Shown: piece by piece, positions 58,871-64,000 of the stretch | How positions within the stretch are numbered: the stretch's first letter is position 1 | How the letters are laid out: every line of letters begins with the position of its first letter | Assembly: GCA_963811105.1 (NCBI GenBank) | Contig: CAWEPZ010000002.1 | Location: forward strand, 1 to 64,000 | DNA: 64,000 nucleotides | From: Candidatus Bathyarchaeota archaeon | Lineage (GTDB): Archaea > Thermoproteota > Bathyarchaeia > Bathyarchaeales > Bathycorpusculaceae | Direction: 5' to 3' | Notes under the pieces: generated by a model | The model's input: the letters and a program-made list of their open reading frames with translations, nothing else | What the model was told of the DNA's origin: nothing | Databases searched by the model: none | Position numbers and translations under genes: made by a program

Positions 58871-60316
58871 ATGAAAGTAACTGTTGCAGTATTGGATAAG
58901 CATGGGGATAACGTGATTGATCGGGTTCTCGAAGTGCTCAACTCATTTGAAGGTAGGCAGTCTGCGCATTTTGGGCTAGTTTCTCCTCAGAAAACTGTCT
59001 TTGAAAAAAGTCTTGGTATTCTACGAAGACAAGGCTTAGATTCCTCTTGCATAGTCGGCTATATCTCTTCGAAACCAACCGCATCGAGTAGCTACGAGTT
59101 CCTGCAGCTGAATGAATCTGCATTGCTTTTCGAAGGAAAAGTTTACTCACCACCACCAAAAAACGCGCTGATGGAACAGGTTGCCAAGGACCCGCTCCAC
59201 TGCGAAGCCATTCTGCAAACATTTATGGCAAACGTAGATGGGGATTATTTGTTTTTTATGATAAAAGCTGGTTGGGTTGCTGCTGGAAGAGACTCGGTAG
59301 GTGTTCAACCGCTTTATTACGGTGAAAACCACGACATTGCTGCATTTGCCACAAACCGAAAAACCCTCTGGAAACTCGGCATAGAAAATCCCTTATCTTT
59401 TCTGCCGGGGCACATGGCTTTTGCAAAACGTGAAGGTTTCCAGTTCAAACCTGTAAAAACGCTCGCTTTCTCTGAGCCTACGATAATAACGTTGGATGAA
59501 GCAGCAAAGAAGCTTCAAGCCCTGCTCGAACAGTCGATCCAAAGGCGAACTCGTGGCGTGAAGGAAGTAGCTGTTGCTTTTTCAGGCGGACTTGACAGCA
59601 GCTTAGTAGCTCTTTTAGCAAGTAAACTTGGAGTCAGAGTTAACTTATTGCATGTAAGTTTGGAGAACCAAGCCGAAACTGAAGAAGCCATCGAGGCATC
59701 AAATCAGCTGAACCTGCCCCTTCAAGTATATCTTTTTAAAGATTCTGACGTAGAAAAAACCTTGCCAAAAACTGTAGCCATCATTGAAGAAGCTGACCCG
59801 ATTAAAGCTAGCGTCGGTTTACCTTTTTATTGGGCAGCAGAAAAAGCTTCTGACGAAAAATTCCGCGTAATGTTAGCTGGGCAAGGCGCTGATGAATTGT
59901 TCGGAGGTTATCAACGCTACGTCAACCAATACTGCAAAGAAGGAAGCGAAGCGGTCCTAAAAACAATGTACAACGATGTTGTAAACATTTATGAGAGCAA
60001 CCTGGAACGTGACCTCAAAATCACAGGGTTTCACGATGTTGAGTTGCGTTTGCCGTTTGCATCATTCGACATCGCCAAGTTCGCTTTAAGTTTGCCGGTT
60101 GAATGCAAAATGGAACCGAAACCAGACACTCTGAGAAAGCTGGTTTTGCGGAAAGTGGCGTTTAACGTAGGCATGCCAGACACATTAGTTGATAGGCCAA
60201 AGAAAGCTGTACAGTACTCTACCGGTATAAACGATGCAATTAAGAGGATAGCGAAAAAAGAAGGCAAAACAGTCAATGAATACATATCAGAGTTGTTGCA
60301 AAAATCTAAAATCTAA
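58871..60316 (+). CDS. Asparagine synthetase B-like protein lacking the N-terminal catalytic Cys
   Basis: RDSVGVQPLYY, FSGGLDSS, GQGADELFGGY and RPKKAVQY motifs; N-terminus is MKVTV. Confidence 0.85.
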   Translation: MKVTVAVLDKHGDNVIDRVLEVLNSFEGRQSAHFGLVSPQKTVFEKSLGILRRQGLDSSCIVGYISSKPTASSSYEFLQLNESALLFEGKVYSPPPKNALMEQVAKDPLHCEAILQTFMANVDGDYLFFMIKAGWVAAGRDSVGVQPLYYGENHDIAAFATNRKTLWKLGIENPLSFLPGHMAFAKREGFQFKPVKTLAFSEPTIITLDEAAKKLQALLEQSIQRRTRGVKEVAVAFSGGLDSSLVALLASKLGVRVNLLHVSLENQAETEEAIEASNQLNLPLQVYLFKDSDVEKTLPKTVAIIEEADPIKASVGLPFYWAAEKASDEKFRVMLAGQGADELFGGYQRYVNQYCKEGSEAVLKTMYNDVVNIYESNLERDLKITGFHDVELRLPFASFDIAKFALSLPVECKMEPKPDTLRKLVLRKVAFNVGMPDTLVDRPKKAVQYSTGINDAIKRIAKKEGKTVNEYISELLQKSKI

Positions 60317-60382
60317 CTCCATGCTATTCATGCATGGTATCAAATTGTTTTTGAAAACACTCAAAAATAGGTAGATAACTAA

Positions 60383-61714
60383 TCACGGCGTTAGTCTTAC
60401 CCTGTCACGCGGATACAACGTTACTTCCCGAATATTTTTTTTTCCAGTCAGAATCATCGTTAACCGCTCAAGCCCAATAGCCCATCCAGCATGAGGCGGC
60501 ATGCCATAATCAAACGCTTGCAGATGATTCTTAAAGGATTCAGGGTTGAGTCCCTTTTCATTCATTCTTTGAATTAACTGCTCTTTTTGGGAAATTCTTG
60601 TTCCGCCTGAAACTAGTTCGATGTAGCGCCACATTAAATCGAAGCCTTCACAAACTTCAGGCTTGTCATCGCGTGGCTTAATATAGAAAGCCTTTGCATG
60701 TGTGGGCCAATCGGTTATGAAGTAGAAGTATGGATAGAGTTTTGCTAGTTCTCGGAATGCTTCTGTGGGGATGTCTTCGCCCCAGGGAATGTTTACGCCC
60801 TGTCCTTTGAGATCATCGAGAACTTGATCGTATGATAAGTGCTTAAACGGAATCTGTGGCACTTCAAACTTGTATTTTAGCACTGAAAGCTCAGCTGCAC
60901 ATTTCTCCCTTACTGTGACGCAGGCGTGATGTATGACCTCTTCAAGAAGCGTCATAACGTCTTTAGCATCCGCAAATGCTAGTTCTATGTCAACTGACGT
61001 GAACTCGCTAAGGTGTCTGCGAGTGTGCGATTCTTCAGCCCTAAAGAACGGCCCAACCTCAAACACATTTTCAAAACTTAACGTTAATTCTTCCTTGTAG
61101 AGTTGCGGACTCTGAGCAAGATATGCTTTTTGACCAAAATAATCTACCGCAAAAAGTTCTGCTCCACCCTCCGTGGCTGAAGCAATAATGCGTGGAGTGT
61201 GAACCTCCAAAAAATTCTTTTGGAATAGGAAGCTTCTGATTGCTTCAAGTGTGGTATGCTGGATTTTGAAGGCTGCTAAGCTTTTTTCTTGGCAGAGATC
61301 CAGCGCCCTTGCATCTAACCGTGCTTCAATGTTGGCAGGTGTCTTTCCCGTAATATCAATGGGTAATTGTTCTGTAGCAGTGTTCAAGATTTTGATCGCG
61401 TTGGGTACAACTTCTATGCCCCTTGGTGTCATGTTCGTTTTCTTAACTTTACCTTTAATGGCTAAGCTGAATCTCTTTTGCAGAAGATCTGACTTAGCTA
61501 AAACTTCAGGAGCAATTCTTTTTTTGGGAATTGTTATTTGGATTGTTCCTTCGCGGTCTTGCAAAATAATAAAGCGTATTCCGCCTAGATCGCGAATTTC
61601 TTGAACCCAACCAAAAAGAGTAATCTCTTGTCCATCAATCTCAGGAGTTACCTTACCAGTGTAGTGTGTTCTAATCCAGTCACCGATAGAGTCCACATTC
61701 ATGGTTACTCCCAA
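60383..61714 (-). CDS. aspS: Aspartyl-tRNA synthetase, probably non-discriminating
   Basis: LAQSPQLYK, FRAE..RHL.EF and PPHAG..GLER motifs; GWVQE and Pro in the TPRG loop as in ND enzymes. Confidence 0.95.
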   Translation of the reverse strand: MGVTMNVDSIGDWIRTHYTGKVTPEIDGQEITLFGWVQEIRDLGGIRFIILQDREGTIQITIPKKRIAPEVLAKSDLLQKRFSLAIKGKVKKTNMTPRGIEVVPNAIKILNTATEQLPIDITGKTPANIEARLDARALDLCQEKSLAAFKIQHTTLEAIRSFLFQKNFLEVHTPRIIASATEGGAELFAVDYFGQKAYLAQSPQLYKEELTLSFENVFEVGPFFRAEESHTRRHLSEFTSVDIELAFADAKDVMTLLEEVIHHACVTVREKCAAELSVLKYKFEVPQIPFKHLSYDQVLDDLKGQGVNIPWGEDIPTEAFRELAKLYPYFYFITDWPTHAKAFYIKPRDDKPEVCEGFDLMWRYIELVSGGTRISQKEQLIQRMNEKGLNPESFKNHLQAFDYGMPPHAGWAIGLERLTMILTGKKNIREVTLYPRDRVRLTP

Positions 61715-61716
61715 CC

Positions 61717-62226
61717 TTAATCTGCAATTTCAACGCGTAAAGACATTTTACGTACTTTACTAGCGATTTCCTTCAAAGCCTTAAGATCAAAAGGCAGTTG
61801 TGAACCACGTTTGCGCTTAAGTATAACTCTGGTTTCAGTAGTTCCATCGGGCAGCCAAATAGTGTTAATTGTTAGGATACTGAATGGAATAAATAGGTCT
61901 TCCAAGAATTTGCGATCATCAACACCATACTCTAAAACCTTAACATTTTTGCCCGTTTCATCGCCTAATGCTTTGATGATTTTGCCGCTATAACCTAAAA
62001 TTTTCGGCACATCTCCATGACCGACGATGATGGCTAAGGTTTTTTCAACATCAACTGCTTTGTAGAAACAGACATTTTGCAGGGTGGGATACTTCTCTTC
62101 AAGGGAGAGCAGTAAACGAGCAACTTTAAGATCTAAATCAGTAATTTCTCCAGCTTTAACTTTTGCTGAACATTTTTGGCATAGAATGCCGCTTTTTAAG
62201 CAGAAACTGCATAGTTCCGTTTTCAT
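61717..62226 (-). CDS. NusA-like KH-domain protein with N-terminal Cys cluster
   Basis: CSFCLKSGILCQKC; ILGYSGKIIK KH-type loop. Confidence 0.7.
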   Translation of the reverse strand: MKTELCSFCLKSGILCQKCSAKVKAGEITDLDLKVARLLLSLEEKYPTLQNVCFYKAVDVEKTLAIIVGHGDVPKILGYSGKIIKALGDETGKNVKVLEYGVDDRKFLEDLFIPFSILTINTIWLPDGTTETRVILKRKRGSQLPFDLKALKEIASKVRKMSLRVEIAD

Positions 62227-62272
62227 TTTTCTGGACTTTTTCCTGCAAAGATAGGAGTTTGCTAATGAGTGA

Positions 62273-62551
62273 TTAACGTATCAACGTTATTTCTATTGTG
62301 CTCACGTTTGTGGCTTGTTCGCCTTCGTCTTGAGGTAGGAACTTGTCTGTTCCAATGCTTATGCTTTTGATTCTTGCGTCTGGCAGGAATCTGTGCCTAA
62401 CAACTTCCGCAACGTCGATTGCTCGGCTAATGGATCGTCCGCGTGCTTTTATGCTGACTTCTTTTGCTCCGCCATGGAAGAAAGTAATGCAAGCGAGGAC
62501 ATAGTTCATTATTGGTTTTTTGCCGATTAAGACTGCACTATCTTCTGTCAC
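62273..62551 (-). CDS. albA: Chromatin protein Alba
   Basis: [25 protein letters not shown] and VSTIEI motifs. Confidence 0.95.
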   Translation of the reverse strand: MTEDSAVLIGKKPIMNYVLACITFFHGGAKEVSIKARGRSISRAIDVAEVVRHRFLPDARIKSISIGTDKFLPQDEGEQATNVSTIEITLIR

Positions 62552-62877
62552 GCCTTCGCATCACTCCTAGTTTACTTTTAAGTGGCTTCACTAAAGATTT
62601 TTTTCAAAATAAATAGGTTGTGGTATAAGCTCAAGGTTCTTGCTGAATGTCTGCAAATTGAATTTCCGGTGTTTTCTTTTGCAGTTTTTGTGTTAGATTT
62701 TGTTCTGTTATAGCAAGTACGCTAACTAACTCTATACGCTTGTCAGGTTAGCCTGGGCTGCTAGAAAGCCGTGTATGGTTACGGCTGTGTCTTGCGATAT
62801 TTTAGCTTGTCTTGGGGCATCAAATTATTAAGTAACCTCACTATTGTAAAGTTTTAAGTTAACAAAACCTAACAAAA

Positions 62878-63345
62878 GTGACTAATTTGGAACCATTAAC
62901 TAAACGTTCAATTCAACTCTTAAAAACACTCTATGAAAAAGGAAAATCCACAAATACCTATACCCTGAGGGTTAAACAAGACGAGCTATCCAGCCAACTG
63001 GGCGTAAGTCGGCAAGCATTAAATGTACACCTGCGTAAACTCAAAAACCGTGGTTACATTCGAACCGGTAGAGGCTTCATTGATGTTACTGATAAAGGCC
63101 TAAGCGCTCTTGGCGTGTCTACCACTCCAGCTTTTATTCTTCTTAAAGTATCTCCAATCAAACGAATTCACGTTTATGAACAAATTCGTGAGCTTGCCGT
63201 ATCCAGAGCTTTCCGAATAGCAGGCGAAGTGGATGCTTTGATTATTGTTGAACGGGATACTCTTGATGACATTCTAAAGAAACTCTACACTATTGACGGA
63301 ATTGAAGATACACGCTCTTACGTAACCATTGAAGAAATTAAATAG
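62878..63345 (+). CDS. Lrp/AsnC-family regulator
   Basis: wHTH (QDELSSQLGVSRQAL) plus RAM domain (IAGEVD...IDGIEDTRSY). Confidence 0.85.
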   Translation: MTNLEPLTKRSIQLLKTLYEKGKSTNTYTLRVKQDELSSQLGVSRQALNVHLRKLKNRGYIRTGRGFIDVTDKGLSALGVSTTPAFILLKVSPIKRIHVYEQIRELAVSRAFRIAGEVDALIIVERDTLDDILKKLYTIDGIEDTRSYVTIEEIK

Positions 63346-63458
63346 GTGAGAACTTCACATTTAGGATGGCTTTCCTAGTTAATTGGAAAGTTGCGGCAAA
63401 AGGTATATTTGATACTTAACCATCAAAGACTTAGCCAAAACGGAAGGTTAACAATAAA

Positions 63459-63620
63459 ATGCCCATATTAGACCCGGTGAAAAAGGCAATAGCGCAAAAG
63501 CACAGGTTATACATGAAAATCTGCAGAGATTGCGGCTCACGCAACGCTGAAACCGCCATTAAATGTAGAAAGTGCAAAGGCAAAAACTTGCGCTGGAAGA
63601 AACGAGAAATAGTTAAGTAA
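63459..63620 (+). CDS. rpl40e: 50S ribosomal protein L40e (53 aa, absent from the ORF track)
   Basis: MPILDPVKK...KICRDCGSRN..AIKCRKCKGKNLRWKK. Confidence 0.93.
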   Translation: MPILDPVKKAIAQKHRLYMKICRDCGSRNAETAIKCRKCKGKNLRWKKREIVK

Positions 63621-64000
63621 TCCCAGTTCAGTCTTTCTTTTAATTTATTTTCAGATTCTGTTTAAGCCAGGCCGTAGCTAGTCGCCAAAAAACCATTTTT
63701 CTTAGTCAATGTATTTTGTGGCAAATTAGTTAATCAGAAAATTGTTGCTTATTCTTTCTTTCATAATTATAATGTTGTTGGTTCAGGTTGTTAAATCTCC
63801 AATCCAGTGCTCTAAAAATAATCATTTCCGTTTATGCTGCCATAACTAGTTTGCATCTAACTGAACCGCAAGTTCTGCGGGCGGAAAAGTTTAAGTTTTG
63901 GATAAAGGGAATCCTAGACTTCTCATCTTTTTCTTTGCAGAAGTGAGAGTACAATCCCGATTCAGAGCATTTCTCACTGTTTCGATAGATATAGATTCTT

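Noticed and set aside
62740-62790. Two small hairpins between alba and the Lrp gene
   Set aside because: Stems of 4-6 bp with no other support
63730-64000. Possible 3' end of a minus-strand gene at the window edge
   Set aside because: Only a short open frame with no recognisable motif; cannot be called from this window

Overview
Archaeal chromosomal segment, most likely TACK group and probably Bathyarchaeia. The evidence is S25e, S26e, S17e and L40e ribosomal proteins, RpoK, thermosome, histone, Alba, Hel308, tetraether synthase Tes, and an MtrH-family methyltransferase with a corrinoid protein. Most of the window is housekeeping genes. The rest comprises a corrinoid/cofactor uptake-salvage neighbourhood (0-10 kb), a tandem pair of GT-C-like membrane proteins, an accessory island with a complete ISH6-like IS (28-bp imperfect IRs, 8-bp TSD), a TrpY/trpB2 divergon with TRP boxes, a 13-kb glycosylation cluster and a four-gene Fe-S/sulfur operon. 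The strongest novelty candidate is that operon: an IscS-like protein that has lost most PLP/substrate residues but kept the Cys loop, plus IscU, an intact SufS and a small Cys-containing TBP-fold-like protein. Other candidates are a family of short motifs at the edges of accessory genes (including a 21-bp direct repeat bracketing a flavodoxin gene) and an operon of a TiaS-like domain, a possibly circularly permuted surface domain and an ECF S-component, with a palindromic operator echoed near an unannotated RHH gene. Several single-base frameshifts look like assembly errors. No tRNA, rRNA or CRISPR array was recognised. All family calls come from motif recognition by eye; no searches were run.
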